From: an uncultured Thermoleophilia bacterium
GTDB lineage: Bacteria > Actinomycetota > Thermoleophilia > UBA2241
Direction: 5' to 3'
DNA length: 64,000 bases
Assembly: GCA_963709635.1 (NCBI GenBank)
Contig: CAVPXA010000028.1
Span: 70,020-134,019, forward strand
Shown: piece by piece, positions 10,195 through 20,241 of the stretch
Numbering within the stretch: the stretch's first letter is position 1
How the letters are laid out: each line of letters starts with the position of its first letter
Program-made: the position numbers and the translations under genes
The notes under the pieces: model-generated
Told to the model about the DNA's origin: nothing
The model's database searches: none
Seen by the model: only the letters and a program-made list of their open reading frames with translations

Positions 10195-10831
10195 GTGAAC
10201 AGGATGCGGAGGTGGCTGGCGCTCTCGCTGGCCGTGGCCGCCGCGGCACTCGCCCTCACGGCGTGCAGTGCGAGCGTGAGCACAGGCGACGAGTCGGGCA
10301 GCCCGTCCGCCGACGGCGGGACGACGACGTCCACCAAGACCTACACCAACGACCAGTACGGCTTCTCGATCACCTACGCCGACCGGTTCACCCAGGGTGA
10401 GCCGGCGGAGGGCACCGGCGCCGGCGGGAGCTCCGTCCTCGACGTGGCGTTCGCCGACAAGGACGGTCCGGTCATCTCGGACCGGTTACGTCAACACCAT
10501 CCAGACCTCGGTGTACGAGCTGGCGCGCGAGATCAAGCCGTCCGAGATCAAGCAGATCAAGCCCGAGCTGCAGGGCATCGTCGACCAGCTCATGACCTCG
10601 CTGCCGAACGGCGTGGTGGTGGAGGAGCTGAGCCCCGTCGAGGTCAACGGGCTGCGGGGCTTCGGCTTCAAGTACACCTACGAGGAGGAGGGCGAGGAGC
10701 TGACCGCCGTCACCTTCTTCCTCTTCAAGGGCAAGTACGAGTACCAGATCACGGCGCAGGCCGTGAGCGCCGACTGGGAGTCGCTCAAGGGAGACCTCGA
10801 GAGCGCCGTCCAGACGTTCACCGCGCAGTGA
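10195..10831 (+). pseudogene. Lipoprotein of unknown function; 1-nt insertion near 10482
   Basis: GTG 10195 after GAGGAGG. Lipobox LALTAC. N-part is in ORF 9898..10959 and C-part in ORF 10397..10831; the junction reads ...GPVISD|GYVNTIQ. Confidence 0.55.
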
Positions 10832-10863
10832 GTGCGGCGCCGGGTGGCCGGCGCCGGAGGGCT

Positions 10864-10908
10864 GACGACGAGGGGGCGGGCTGCCGTGCAGCCCGCCCCC
10901 TCGTCGTC
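10864..10908. terminator. Bidirectional terminator hairpin between the lipoprotein gene and pyrE
   Basis: 21-bp perfect stem gacgacgagggggcgggctgc / gcagcccgccccctcgtcgtc with a 3-nt loop. Confidence 0.5.
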
Positions 10909-10942
10909 CGTGCCCGGCGCCGCTGCGCCGGCGTGCCCGCGC

Positions 10943-11473
10943 CTACTCCGGCTTCTTGATGCCGAGCGACGTGGCGGTGAAGAGCGGGTCGAAGGTGAGG
11001 CCCTTCTCCTCGATCTGCGCACGGCCCCCTTCTTCGCGGTCGACCACGCAGATGAGCGTGGAGACCTCGAGGCCCGCCTCGCGCAGCTTGTCGGCGGCCA
11101 TGAGCGCGGCGCCGCCGGAGGTGACCACGTCCTCGACCATCACGACCTTCTGGCCCGGCTCGGCCTTACCCTCCATGGCCTTGTCGGTGCCGTAGCCCTT
11201 GGCGCCCTTGCGCACGATGACGAACGGCTTGCCGCTGGCGAGCGAGACGGCGGCGACGATGGCCACCGCGCCGAGCTCGGGGCCGGCGAGCAGGTCGAAC
11301 GGCTCGTAGGCCGGCAGCTTCTCCGCGATGCCGGCGGCGATGTCGCGCAGCAGGTCAGGCTGGGTCGAGAACAGGTACTTGTCCAGGTAGAACTTGCTGC
11401 GCCGGCCGGACCGGAGGACGAAGTCGCCCTCCAGGTAGCTGGCGTCGAGCAGGCGCTGGCCGAGATCCGACAC
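10943..11473 (-). CDS. pyrE: Orotate phosphoribosyltransferase
   Basis: 176 aa. GDFVLRSGRRSKFYLDK and PRPP-binding VVMVEDVVTSGGA. TAG stop. Confidence 0.9.
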   Translation of the reverse strand: MSDLGQRLLDASYLEGDFVLRSGRRSKFYLDKYLFSTQPDLLRDIAAGIAEKLPAYEPFDLLAGPELGAVAIVAAVSLASGKPFVIVRKGAKGYGTDKAMEGKAEPGQKVVMVEDVVTSGGAALMAADKLREAGLEVSTLICVVDREEGGRAQIEEKGLTFDPLFTATSLGIKKPE

Positions 11474-11536
11474 GGGGCTCCCTTCGCTCGTCTGAGGATC
11501 GTGCGGCGCACGACGCGCCGCGCTCCCCAGACTGTA

Positions 11537-12877
11537 TCAGGTGCCGCCGATGGCCATCCCGTCGATGACCACGGACGGCGTGTGGACGCTGCCTCCGGGC
11601 ACCCAGCGCGCGTCGTCGCCGAGCGCGCGGATCGACGTGAGCATGCCGACGATGTCCCCCGCCAGCGTGACCTCGCGCACCGGCGTCGTGAGCTTCCCGC
11701 CCTCGATGAGGATGCCGCTGATGCCCACCGAGAACTCGCCGGAGATCGGGTTGGCGCCCGAGTGGATGCCGACGGCGTCGGTGACGAGCACGCCCTTCTC
11801 CATGCCGGCGACGATCTCGTCCAGCGGCGTCGCCGGACCGGCGACCACCAGGTTGCTCGGGCGCACGCCGGGCAGGCTGGAGTAGCCGCCGCGCATGCCG
11901 TTGCCGGTGCTCGCACGGCCCGCCTTGCGCGCCGTGTACGTGTCGTAGAGGAAGCCCTGCAGCACGCCGCCGGTGATGAGCGGCGTGCGCCCGCACGGGA
12001 TGCCCTCGCCGTCGAACGGCGCGCTGTCCAGCCCGTCCGCGAGCGTGCCGTCGTCGACCAGCTCGAGGAGCTCCCCGGCCACGCGCTCGCCCTCCTTGCC
12101 GGCGAAGAGCGAACGGCCCTTCTGCACGGCATCGGCGGTGAGCGCGGAGCTCAGCACGCCGAAGAACGCGGCTGAGACGAACGGATCGAGGATCACCGGC
12201 GCCTTCATCGACGGGCACTTCCGCGCGCCGAGCAGGCGGGTGGCCCTCCCGGCGGCCTCGGCGCCGACGAAGGACGCGTCCAGGTCCTCGACGGCGCGGC
12301 CGACGGCGTAGGAGTAGCCGGTCTCGACCTGGTCCTCCTCCTCGGCGAGCACGTACGCGAACGCGTAGCACTGGCCGGCGCGGAAGCTGCCGCGCACGCC
12401 GGCCGTGCTGGCGATGAACACCTCGCCGTCACCGTCGACGTACATCGCGTCTTCGACCGTCTTGACGCGCGGGTCGGCCGCGAGCGCCGTGGCCTCGGCC
12501 TCGAGCGCGACGGCGATGCGGTCTTCGTCCGTCGCGGAGGCGAGCCGCGGGTCGTAGGGGTCCACGTCGGCCGGCTCGCCCTGCGGCTGCGGCAGCGCCA
12601 TGAACTCGTCCGGGTCGCTGACGGCCGCGTTGTCGAGAGCGTGCTGCACGACGGCGTCGAGCGCCCCGTCGCTGAGGTCGGAGGTGTACGCGTGGCCCAC
12701 TGCTCCGTCGCGGAACACGCGCACGCCCACACCGCGGCGCTGCGCGGCCGTGAGCTGCTCGACCTCCTGCTGGTACACCTTGATGCGGTGCGAGGTGGAG
12801 CGCTCGCCGAACACTTCCACGTCTGCCGCGCCGCGCGCCTTGGCGCGCTCGAGCACGGCGTCGAGGATCTCGAACAT
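11537..12877 (-). CDS. pmbA: PmbA/TldE metalloprotease-family protein (TldD partner)
   Basis: Start ATG 12877 (MFEILDAVLERAK) overlaps the tldD stop. PmbA_TldD-type C-terminus GANPISGEFSVGISGILIEGGK. Confidence 0.85.
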   Translation of the reverse strand: MFEILDAVLERAKARGAADVEVFGERSTSHRIKVYQQEVEQLTAAQRRGVGVRVFRDGAVGHAYTSDLSDGALDAVVQHALDNAAVSDPDEFMALPQPQGEPADVDPYDPRLASATDEDRIAVALEAEATALAADPRVKTVEDAMYVDGDGEVFIASTAGVRGSFRAGQCYAFAYVLAEEEDQVETGYSYAVGRAVEDLDASFVGAEAAGRATRLLGARKCPSMKAPVILDPFVSAAFFGVLSSALTADAVQKGRSLFAGKEGERVAGELLELVDDGTLADGLDSAPFDGEGIPCGRTPLITGGVLQGFLYDTYTARKAGRASTGNGMRGGYSSLPGVRPSNLVVAGPATPLDEIVAGMEKGVLVTDAVGIHSGANPISGEFSVGISGILIEGGKLTTPVREVTLAGDIVGMLTSIRALGDDARWVPGGSVHTPSVVIDGMAIGGT

Positions 12878-14277
12878 CAGCCCGTCCCTCCCACCGTCAT
12901 CTCCGCGATGCGCAGCGTGGCCTGCCCGGTACCGACCGGCACGCCCTGGCCGTCCTTGCCGCAGATGCCGGTCTTGACGTCGAAATCGCCGGCGATCATG
13001 TCGATCTTCATCAGGATGTCGATGCCGTTGCCCACGAGGGTCGCCCCGCGCAGCGGCGTCGTGATCCTTCCGTCCTCGATGAGGTAGCCCTCGGCGACGC
13101 CGAAGACGAAGTTGCCGCTGGCCGGCTCGACCTGCCCGCCGGCCAGGCTCTTGGCATAGAAGCCTCTCGCCGTGGCGGCGATGATCTCGTCCGGGTCCAG
13201 GTCGCCCGGCGCGATGTACGTGGTCGTCATGCGCGGGATGGGGACGTGGCGGAACGACTGGCGCCGCCCGTTGCCCGTGGGGGCGGCGCCCGCCTCGCGG
13301 GCGCGCAGACGGTCGTAGAGGTAGCCGGTGAGGCGGCCCTCCTCGATGACCAGCGTCTTCTGCGTGGGCACACCCTCGTCGTCGTACGCCTGCGAGCCCC
13401 ACCCGTTGGTGATGGAGCCCTCGTCGTAGGCGCTCACCATCGCCGCCGCCACGACTTGACCCATCTTGCCGGCGTAGATGCTGGCGCCCTTGGCGATCGC
13501 GTCGGCCTCGAGACCGTGGCCGCAGGCCTCGTGGAACAGGGTGCCGCCGAAGCCGTTGGCCAGGACGACGGGCATGGGGCCCGACGGCGCGGGCTTGCTG
13601 TCCAGCATGACGCGCGCCTTCTCGGCCGCGCGGACCGCCGTCCGCCGGGCGATGTCCTCGTCGAGCAGCTCGAACCCGGCGCTGCCGCCGACCGTCTCGT
13701 GCCCGGTCTGGATGACGTCCCCGCGCTTGGCGACCACCTGCGCGATGAACCGCGTGCGCGTGCGGTCGTCGTGCACGAGGTCGCCCAGCGAGTTCGCGAT
13801 GAGCACCCGCTGGCGCGTGTCGCCGTAGCCCACGGTCGCCTGGACGATCTCGTCGGAGACGCCGCGCGCGGCCTCGTCGCCGGCGCGCACCAGCTCGGCC
13901 TTGTGGGCCGTGCTGATCTCGCCCGGCGGCACGCGCACGGGGTTCTTGCCGGGGTCGGAGACGACCGCGCCGAGGTCGACGACGCGGGGACCCTCGGCCC
14001 CGGCGCTGACGGCCGCCGCGACGGCCTCGGCGGCGGCGGTGAGGCCGGCCTCGTCCACGGCGTCGCTGTAGGCGTAGTACGTACGCTCGCCGGAGAGCAG
14101 GCGCACGGCGGCGCCGGTCTCGCGACCGCCGCTGGTCTGCTCGATGCGGCCGTCCTCGAGGCGCAAGCCGAGCGTCTCACGGTCTTCGACGAACACCTCT
14201 GCGAAATCGCCGCCCCTGCGCAGCGCCCTCTCGATGGTCGCATGCAGCAGGCCGGCGTCGAACTTGGCGACATCCAT
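12877..14277 (-). CDS. tldD: TldD metalloprotease
   Basis: 466 aa. LFHEACGHGLEAD motif and C-terminal SGNFVFGVAEGYLIEDGRIT. Confidence 0.9.
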   Translation of the reverse strand: MDVAKFDAGLLHATIERALRRGGDFAEVFVEDRETLGLRLEDGRIEQTSGGRETGAAVRLLSGERTYYAYSDAVDEAGLTAAAEAVAAAVSAGAEGPRVVDLGAVVSDPGKNPVRVPPGEISTAHKAELVRAGDEAARGVSDEIVQATVGYGDTRQRVLIANSLGDLVHDDRTRTRFIAQVVAKRGDVIQTGHETVGGSAGFELLDEDIARRTAVRAAEKARVMLDSKPAPSGPMPVVLANGFGGTLFHEACGHGLEADAIAKGASIYAGKMGQVVAAAMVSAYDEGSITNGWGSQAYDDEGVPTQKTLVIEEGRLTGYLYDRLRAREAGAAPTGNGRRQSFRHVPIPRMTTTYIAPGDLDPDEIIAATARGFYAKSLAGGQVEPASGNFVFGVAEGYLIEDGRITTPLRGATLVGNGIDILMKIDMIAGDFDVKTGICGKDGQGVPVGTGQATLRIAEMTVGGTG

Positions 14278-14933
14278 CAGGCGCCTCCGGTCAGTGAGTC
14301 GCGCACGCCTGCTGCCAGAGCCTGGAGCTCGGCGGTCGCGGGATCTGTGGGGTCGAGTGTGCGCACCGAGCCGTCGGCCAAGCCGATCTGTACCGCGGCC
14401 GGAAACGGGCGCGCGCGGCGGCGGCGCCAGCAGACGAGGCCGGTGACCGCGCCGGCCGCGAGGGCGAGCAGTGCGAGGCGGCGCGCCTTCACGGCGCCTC
14501 CTCCGTCCGCGAAGGCGTCTCCCAGACAGGTGCGCAGGTCGAACAGCAGGAGCGCGACGGCCGGGTCGGGGCCGGTGACGGCCACGGCGCGGTGTCCGTG
14601 GGCCTCGAGGACCGCGACGGCGCCGCCGGGGACGGGCACGACGACGTGCGCCAGGCCGCCGGCGACCGCGCTGCGGCCGGCGGCCTCCCAGAGCCGCGCG
14701 GCGGCCTCACCAGAGGCGGCCGCGGGACCCGGCGCGGCGGCGACCACGTCGCCGCCCTCGTCGAGCACGGCGACGGCCGTGACGTCCGTGGAGACGTCGA
14801 GCAGGTCGCGGATGGCTTCGTCGATGGTCAGGGCGTCCTCCCAGTGGTGCGGGTGCGCCCGTAGCCTACCCCAGCCGGAGCTTCTCTCACGCCTCTCCCG
14901 CTGCGAACGAGCAGAGCAACTCGCAGCGGTCAC
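14277..14933 (-). CDS. Hypothetical protein with one TM-like segment
   Basis: ORF ends at the tldD start. Ala/Gly-rich with LALLALAAGAVTGLVCW. Start uncertain, because ATG 14933 overlaps the upstream regulator by 47 nt. Confidence 0.4.
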   Translation of the reverse strand: MTAASCSARSQRERRERSSGWGRLRAHPHHWEDALTIDEAIRDLLDVSTDVTAVAVLDEGGDVVAAAPGPAAASGEAAARLWEAAGRSAVAGGLAHVVVPVPGGAVAVLEAHGHRAVAVTGPDPAVALLLFDLRTCLGDAFADGGGAVKARRLALLALAAGAVTGLVCWRRRRARPFPAAVQIGLADGSVRTLDPTDPATAELQALAAGVRDSLTGGA

Positions 14934-15594
14934 CTCCGCAACTGATGCGGCACTCGTCGGGTGCGATCTCGAGACGCCCGAGGCCGGCGGTGACCACCTG
15001 GAGGATGCCCTCCAGGAACGCGCGATGCATGGCGCACACGAGGTCCGGGTCGGCCCCGGAGAGCTCGCGGAAGCTGCAGTTGTTGACCACGACGCTGAGG
15101 CTGCTCTCGTGCCAGGCCACCTCGGGCAGCAGGCCCTGCTCCTCGGCGATCTGCGTGACCAGCGCGCCGACCGCGGCGCGGTCGCGCGGGGGCTCGGCGT
15201 CGCCGGCCAGCACGCGGCGACCCTCGGCCGCGCCGGCCTCGCGACAGACGCGGACCGCGTCGTCGCGGGTGCCGCCGGCGGCGAGTGCGTCCAGCGCCAG
15301 GCGCGAGAGCAGCTCGTACCGCCGCGGCGGGAAGCCGAAGGTGACCACCAGGTCGCTCAGCCGGTACAGCTTGGCAGGCCGCCCCCCGCCGGCGGCGCGC
15401 CGGAAGCCGGTGGCGAGGAACCCCGCCTGCTCCAGCTTCGCCAGGTGCATGCGCGCGACGTTGGGATGCAGGCCGAACTCCCCGGCGACGTCGGCGACGG
15501 TGACGTCCGTCGCCGGCCGTTCGGCGATCCAGCGGTAGATGCGGTATCGGGTGTCGTCGGCCAGGACTGCCGACAGCTCATGTTCGCGGTCCAC
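14887..15594 (-). CDS. ArsR-type winged-helix transcriptional regulator with Cys-rich C-terminal domain
   Basis: LADDTRYRIYRWI...VADVAGEFGLHPNVARMHLAKLEQAGFL...GRPAKLY. C-terminal CSFRE...CAMH...CRISCGGDRCELLC. Confidence 0.7.
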   Translation of the reverse strand: MDREHELSAVLADDTRYRIYRWIAERPATDVTVADVAGEFGLHPNVARMHLAKLEQAGFLATGFRRAAGGGRPAKLYRLSDLVVTFGFPPRRYELLSRLALDALAAGGTRDDAVRVCREAGAAEGRRVLAGDAEPPRDRAAVGALVTQIAEEQGLLPEVAWHESSLSVVVNNCSFRELSGADPDLVCAMHRAFLEGILQVVTAGLGRLEIAPDECRISCGGDRCELLCSFAAGEA

Positions 15595-15601
15595 TCACGA
15601 T

Positions 15602-15628
15602 CCCCTCGGGAGGACATGTCCGGAGGGG
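15602..15628. promoter_or_regulatory. Inverted repeat just upstream of the ArsR-type gene (operator or osmC terminator)
   Basis: cccctc-ggga-GGACATGTCC-g-gagggg. The 10-bp palindrome core lies about 20 nt before the GTG start at 15594. Confidence 0.25.
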
Positions 15629-15702
15629 ATACTACCGTCCTGCACCTTCACCTGTAAACACCGTGCTTGGAGTGCAAACCGCCGATTGCGCGGCGAGCGC
15701 CC

Positions 15703-16119
15703 TCAGCGCTCGATGACGAACCGCGACGTGATGGGCACGGCGGGCCTGAGCGTGGCTTCGACCGAGCAGTAGCGGTCCTCGGAGAGAGAGATGGCACGCT
15801 CCACCTTGCGCTCGTCGAGGTCGCCCTTGAGGCGGTACACCACCTCCAGCGACGTGAAGCGCTTGGGGTGGTCCTCGGCCCGTTCCCCGCTCACCTCGAC
15901 GTTGAACGACTCCAGCGGCTGCCGCATCTTCACCAGGATCGAGACGACGTCCATGGCGGTGCAGCCGCCGAGGGCCACCGCCAGCAACTCCATCGGCGTC
16001 ACCCCGTTGCCGGGCTCGTCCAGGCCGGAGGCCAGGTCCACGGACCCGTGCGCCGTGGATGCCTCGAACAGCAGTCCCTCGTTCTTCCAGGCGAGCGTCA
16101 CCGGTTCGCTGTGCGCCAT
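15703..16119 (-). CDS. OsmC/Ohr family peroxiredoxin-like protein
   Basis: 138 aa from ATG 16119 (GGAGAGGAGG upstream). GVTPMELLAVALGGCTAMDV ... LSEDRYCSV. Confidence 0.85.
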   Translation of the reverse strand: MAHSEPVTLAWKNEGLLFEASTAHGSVDLASGLDEPGNGVTPMELLAVALGGCTAMDVVSILVKMRQPLESFNVEVSGERAEDHPKRFTSLEVVYRLKGDLDERKVERAISLSEDRYCSVEATLRPAVPITSRFVIER

Positions 16120-16319
16120 CTGACCCTCCTCTCCGCGTCCGCCGTCACGGCCGCCTCGTGGTCCACGATCGTATACGGTGCCCCCAACGCGCCCCCGCGA
16201 ACCGGACTGGATGCGGCGCCGACGACGACGGGCGCCGCCGCGCGAGGTCGGGCAGGACGGCCGAGTCGTATAGAATCGAGGACCCCAGACGGCCCTCAGC
16301 GACCGACCAGGAGTCTCCT

Positions 16320-17405
16320 GTGCGCGACCTCTCACGCGGCGACCGCGGCAAAGAAGTCCTCGACGTCCAGACCCGCTTGCGCGGGCAGGGCTTCGAGCTG
16401 GGCAGAGAAGGCGTCGACGGCTTCTTCGGCCCAAGCAGCGAGGTCGCCGTGCTCGCGTTCCAGCAGGAGCGCGGGTTGCTCGCCGACGGGCGCGTGGGCG
16501 CCAACACCTGGCGCGAGCTCGTGGAGGCCGGTTACGCCCTGGGCGACCGGCTGCTCTACCTGCGCGAACCCCCGTTCCGCGGAGACGACGTGCTGCAGCT
16601 CCAGGTCAAGCTCAACCTGCTCGGCTTCAACGCCGGGGCGGAGCGCGGCGTGCACGACGACGAGGTCGAGCGCGCCGTCCTCGACTTCCAGCGCAACGCC
16701 GGGGTGCCGGCGGACGGCATCGTCGGCGACAGCACGCTCATCAAGCTCGAGGCCGTGCGCAAGGCCGAGTCCGGGCGCGAGGGCAAGAAGATCCCCGAGC
16801 GCGACCGCGGCTGGGTCGCCGCCCGCACGCTCACCGGGCGGTCGGTGACCATCGATCCCGGTCACGGCGGGCCGGACACCGGCTACATCTCGGCGGGCGG
16901 CCTCGCGGAGAAGGACGTCTCGCTGGCGCTCGGCCTCCGCCTGGCCGAGCTGCTCCGCGCCGAGGGCTGCCGCGTGCGCCTCACGCGCGAGACCGACGAG
17001 CGCGTGCCGCTCTACGCCCGCTGCGAGGCGGCCCAGGGCGGCCCGCACGACTTCTTCGTCTCGTTGCACTGCAACGGAGAGGCCTCGCCGGCGGCGCGCG
17101 GCGCCGCCACGTACTTCTTCCAGCGCAGCCACTACTACTCGGAGCACGGCCGGCGCCTGGCCGGATATGTGGGCAGGCGCCTCGAGGCGGCCGGCGCGCC
17201 CTCGCTGGGCCGGTTCGGCCGCAACTACGGTATCCTGCGCGAGACCCGCGCCATCGCCCTGCTGGTGGAGCCGCTGTTCCTCACCTCGCGAGAGGACGAG
17301 GCGCTGGCTCGCCGGCCGGAACAGGTGGAGAAGCTGGCGCGCGCACTGGCGGGAGGCCTGGCCGACTACCTCGCGCGCGTCCCGCTGGAGGACGAGGCCC
17401 CGTGA
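16320..17405 (+). CDS. N-acetylmuramoyl-L-alanine amidase with two peptidoglycan-binding repeats
   Basis: GTG 16320 after AGGAG. Two PG_binding_1-like repeats (GDRGKEVLDVQTRL...DGFFG; GDDVLQLQVKLN...DGIVG). Amidase_3 core IDPGHGGPDTG...SLHCN...LVEPLFLT. Confidence 0.85.
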   Translation: MRDLSRGDRGKEVLDVQTRLRGQGFELGREGVDGFFGPSSEVAVLAFQQERGLLADGRVGANTWRELVEAGYALGDRLLYLREPPFRGDDVLQLQVKLNLLGFNAGAERGVHDDEVERAVLDFQRNAGVPADGIVGDSTLIKLEAVRKAESGREGKKIPERDRGWVAARTLTGRSVTIDPGHGGPDTGYISAGGLAEKDVSLALGLRLAELLRAEGCRVRLTRETDERVPLYARCEAAQGGPHDFFVSLHCNGEASPAARGAATYFFQRSHYYSEHGRRLAGYVGRRLEAAGAPSLGRFGRNYGILRETRAIALLVEPLFLTSREDEALARRPEQVEKLARALAGGLADYLARVPLEDEAP

Positions 17406-18262
17406 CGCCCGACGAAGCCGAAGCCCTGCGCATCCGCCTCACGGCCACGCAGTCGCAGCGCCTGCGTGAGCTCGGCGCCGACCCACTCGTGCTCGACGGG
17501 GCGTTCGCCGACGCCGTCGCTCGCGACGCCGCCTTCAAGCGCCTCGAGACCGACCTCGTGCGCACCGGTCGCGAGCACCTGCGCGAGCTGCGCAAGGGCC
17601 GGCGCGCGCCGCAGCTCGTCGAGCTCGAGCGCGCGCTCAGCGACGCGCTCACCGACGCCGGGTTCGTGCGCGTCGTCACCCCGCTCATCATCGCCTCGGA
17701 CGCGCTCCGCAAGATGGGCATCGAGCACGGCCACCCACTGCGCGATCAGGTGTTCTGGCTGGACGACGGCCGCTGCCTGCGGCCCATGCTGGCGCCGAAC
17801 CTCTACACCCTGCTGCGGCGCCTCGACCGGCACTGGAGCAAGCCGTTCGGCATCTTCGAGATCGGACCCTGCTTCCGCAGGGACAGCAAAGGCGCCAGCC
17901 ACCTCAACGAGTTCACGATGCTCAACCTCGTGGAGCTCGGCAAGCAGGACAAGGACGGCCGCGCCCGGCTCGAGGAGCTGGCCGCCCTCGTCATGGGCGC
18001 GGCGGGCGTCGGTGAGTACGACCTCGAGGTCACGGACAGCGAGGTGTACGGGGCCATGATCGACGTCACCGTGGGCGGAGCCGAGGTGTGCTCCGCCGGC
18101 CTCGGCCCCCATCCGCTCGACGGCAACTGGGGCGTCGTCGACCCGTGGGTCGGCCTCGGCTTCGGCCTCGAGCGCCTCATCATGGCGCGCGAGGGCTATC
18201 CCAACATCGAGCGCGCCGGCCGCAGCCTCAGCTACGTGGACGGCATACGGCTCAATCTCTAG
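17402..18262 (+). CDS. pylS: Pyrrolysine--tRNA(Pyl) ligase, catalytic C-terminal polypeptide (PylSc)
   Basis: 286 aa. CLRPMLAPNLYTLLRRLDR, IFEIGPCFRRDSKGASHLNEFTMLNL, VDPWVGLGFGLERL, C-terminus RSLSYVDGIRLNL. Collinear with bacterial PylSc and the archaeal PylS C-domain as I recall them. GTG start overlaps the amidase TGA (GTGA). TAG stop. Confidence 0.93.
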   Translation: MTPDEAEALRIRLTATQSQRLRELGADPLVLDGAFADAVARDAAFKRLETDLVRTGREHLRELRKGRRAPQLVELERALSDALTDAGFVRVVTPLIIASDALRKMGIEHGHPLRDQVFWLDDGRCLRPMLAPNLYTLLRRLDRHWSKPFGIFEIGPCFRRDSKGASHLNEFTMLNLVELGKQDKDGRARLEELAALVMGAAGVGEYDLEVTDSEVYGAMIDVTVGGAEVCSAGLGPHPLDGNWGVVDPWVGLGFGLERLIMAREGYPNIERAGRSLSYVDGIRLNL

Positions 18263-18367
18263 CGCGCCGCCAGGACTCCGCGGACGGCGGCCTACGTGGC
18301 GTAAGCGCGAGAGGGCGGGCCACCGGCCCGCCCTCTCGCGGTCTCTCGGGACTGCTCGCTGCTCCTG

Positions 18368-19001
18368 TTACTTGCCGAGCAGCGCGTCGATCTTCTTGAC
18401 GCCGTCGTTGGCGTCTTCGGCGTAGGCGTCGGCGCCGATCTGGTCGGCCCAGCGCTGCGTGCACGGCGCGCCGCCGACGACGGTCTTGTAGGAGCAGGCC
18501 CTCGTCCTTGATGCGCTTGATGACCTTCTTCTGCTCTTCCATGGTGGTGGTGAGCAGGGCGCTCATGCCGATGACGTCGGCGTTGAGCTCCTTGGCCTTC
18601 TCGATGAAGGTGTCGGCGGAGACGTCGCGGCCGAGGTCGGTGACCTCGTAACCGTTGGCCTTGAGGTAGGCGATGACGATGGCCTTGCCGATGTCGTGGA
18701 CGTCGCCCTGGACGGTGCCGATGACCATGATGCCCTTGGCCTCGGCGGCCTCGCCCTCGAGGGCGGCGTTGGTGACCTCGGTGGCGCCGGCCATGGCGTC
18801 CGCGCTCATCATGAGCTCGGGGAGGAAGACCTCACCGCTCTCGAAGAGGTCGCCGACCTCCTGGATGCCCTTGACGAAGCCGTTCTGCATGATGTCCGCC
18901 GGCGCGATGCCGGAGTCGAGCGCGCGCTGCGCGATCTCCTCCGATGACGCCCGATCGGCGTTCACGATGCTCTCGGCTGCTTCCTGGTAGATGTCTGCCA
19001 T
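18368..19001 (-). pseudogene. Cobalamin-binding corrinoid protein of the methylamine-methyltransferase type (MttC/MtbC/MtmC-like); 1-nt insertion near 18492
   Basis: ATG 19001 after GGGAGGAG. B12-binding_2 cap followed by GTVQGDVHDIGKAIV (DxHxxG) and DVIGMSALLTTTM. The last 40 aa (YKTVVGGAPCTQRWADQIGADAYAEDANDGVKKIDALLGK, TAA) are in another frame. Confidence 0.8.
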
Positions 19002-19302
19002 GACCCTGGACTCCTCCCGACTTTGCTCACAACTGTTTACCGCGCAACGAGGTATGGCGGGTGCGGAAGTTCGGGCGGTGACGCCGCAAGCCGGAGAAGC
19101 AGTGGACGGCCACACCCGCCCGGACGCTCCCCCGCGCCCATCTTCTGCACGTGCCCGGGAGTATATCAGCCACATGCGCTGTCAACCACAAGTGCACATG
19201 CTCGCACAAGGTCCAACGTCGTGCCGGGCGGGCGCAGCGCCGCCGCCGGGCCCGGCGCCCCTCGGGGCGCGCCGCCCGGCGGTGCATGCTAGCATCGGAC
19301 GC

Positions 19303-20182
19303 GTGAGGTACCACGGCGCCGTCATCCGTCCCCCCAGCGAGGCAGACAGCCTGATCGTGCAGGTCACGTACGGCTGCTCCAACAACACCTGTGACTTCTG
19401 CGGGACCTACCTCGACAAGCCGTTCGCCGTGCGCCCGTTCGACGAGGTCGTCGACGACGTCACCGGCCTCCCCGTCACCGTGCGCCAACGCGTACGGCGC
19501 GTGTTCCTCGCCGACGGCGACGCCCTGGCGCTCAGCACGCGCAAGCTCGACCAGATCCTCGACCTGCTGCACCGCGCGCTCCCCAACCTGGAGCGCGTGA
19601 GCAGCTACGCCAACGCGCGCAACCTGCTGCACAAGTCCGTCGAGGAGCTCGTCGCGTCTGCGCGAGCGCGGCATCGAGCTGCTCTACCTCGGCCTCGAGT
19701 CGGGCGACGAGCAGACGCTCGCCGACATCCACAAGGGCATGACGGTGGCGGAGCAGATCGAGGGCTGCCGGCGAGCCACGGACGCCGGCATGAAGCTCTC
19801 GGTCACCGCGATCCTCGGGCTGGCCGGCCGGGAGCGCTCCCTGGTCCACGCCGCGGCCACCGGCGACGCACTCTCCGCGATCGACCCCGAGTACATCGGG
19901 CTGCTCACCCTCATGCTCACGCCCGGCACCGCCATGGAGCGCAAGGTCGCCACCGGTCAGGTGGTGCTCCCGGACTCCATCGGGATGCTCCGGGAGTTGC
20001 GGGAGATCGTCGCCCACCTCGACGTCACCGACTGCCTCTTCCGCTGCAACCACGCCTCCAACTACCTGCCCATCGGGGGCCGCCTGCCGCAGGACAAGGC
20101 GGCCATCCTGGCCTCGCTCGACAAGGTGATCGGGGCTCCCGCGGCGACACGGCTCCGGCCGGAGAGCTGGCGGCTGCTGTAG
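19303..20182 (+). pseudogene. Radical SAM protein of unassigned function; 1-nt insertion at about 19657
   Basis: GTG 19303. SLIVQVTYGCSNNTCDFCGTY (CxxxCxxC). The junction reads ...VEELVA|LRERGIELLYLGLESGDEQTL, then continues in ORF 19739..20182. TAG stop. Confidence 0.7.
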
Positions 20183-20241
20183 GAGCAGCGCCGGCGGCCG
20201 CGCGCGCGGCCGGCTCCCCCCGCAGCACGAGCCGCCGAGAC

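Noticed and set aside
10832-15657. ORFs 10832..12175 (+), 11140..12132 (-), 11355..12371 (-), 13246..15657 (+, 803 aa) and 13434..14273 (-).
   Set aside because: They are antisense or alternate-frame shadows of pyrE, pmbA, tldD and the ArsR-type gene, with low-complexity composition and no domains.
19002-19302. Cobalamin riboswitch in the roughly 190-nt leader of the corrinoid protein gene (contains CCACTG).
   Set aside because: The conserved B12-box context (GCCACUG preceded by the GGUG..AAUCC and GGGAA elements) is not present. Only a 6-nt chance match was seen. Infernal with the cobalamin models would settle it.
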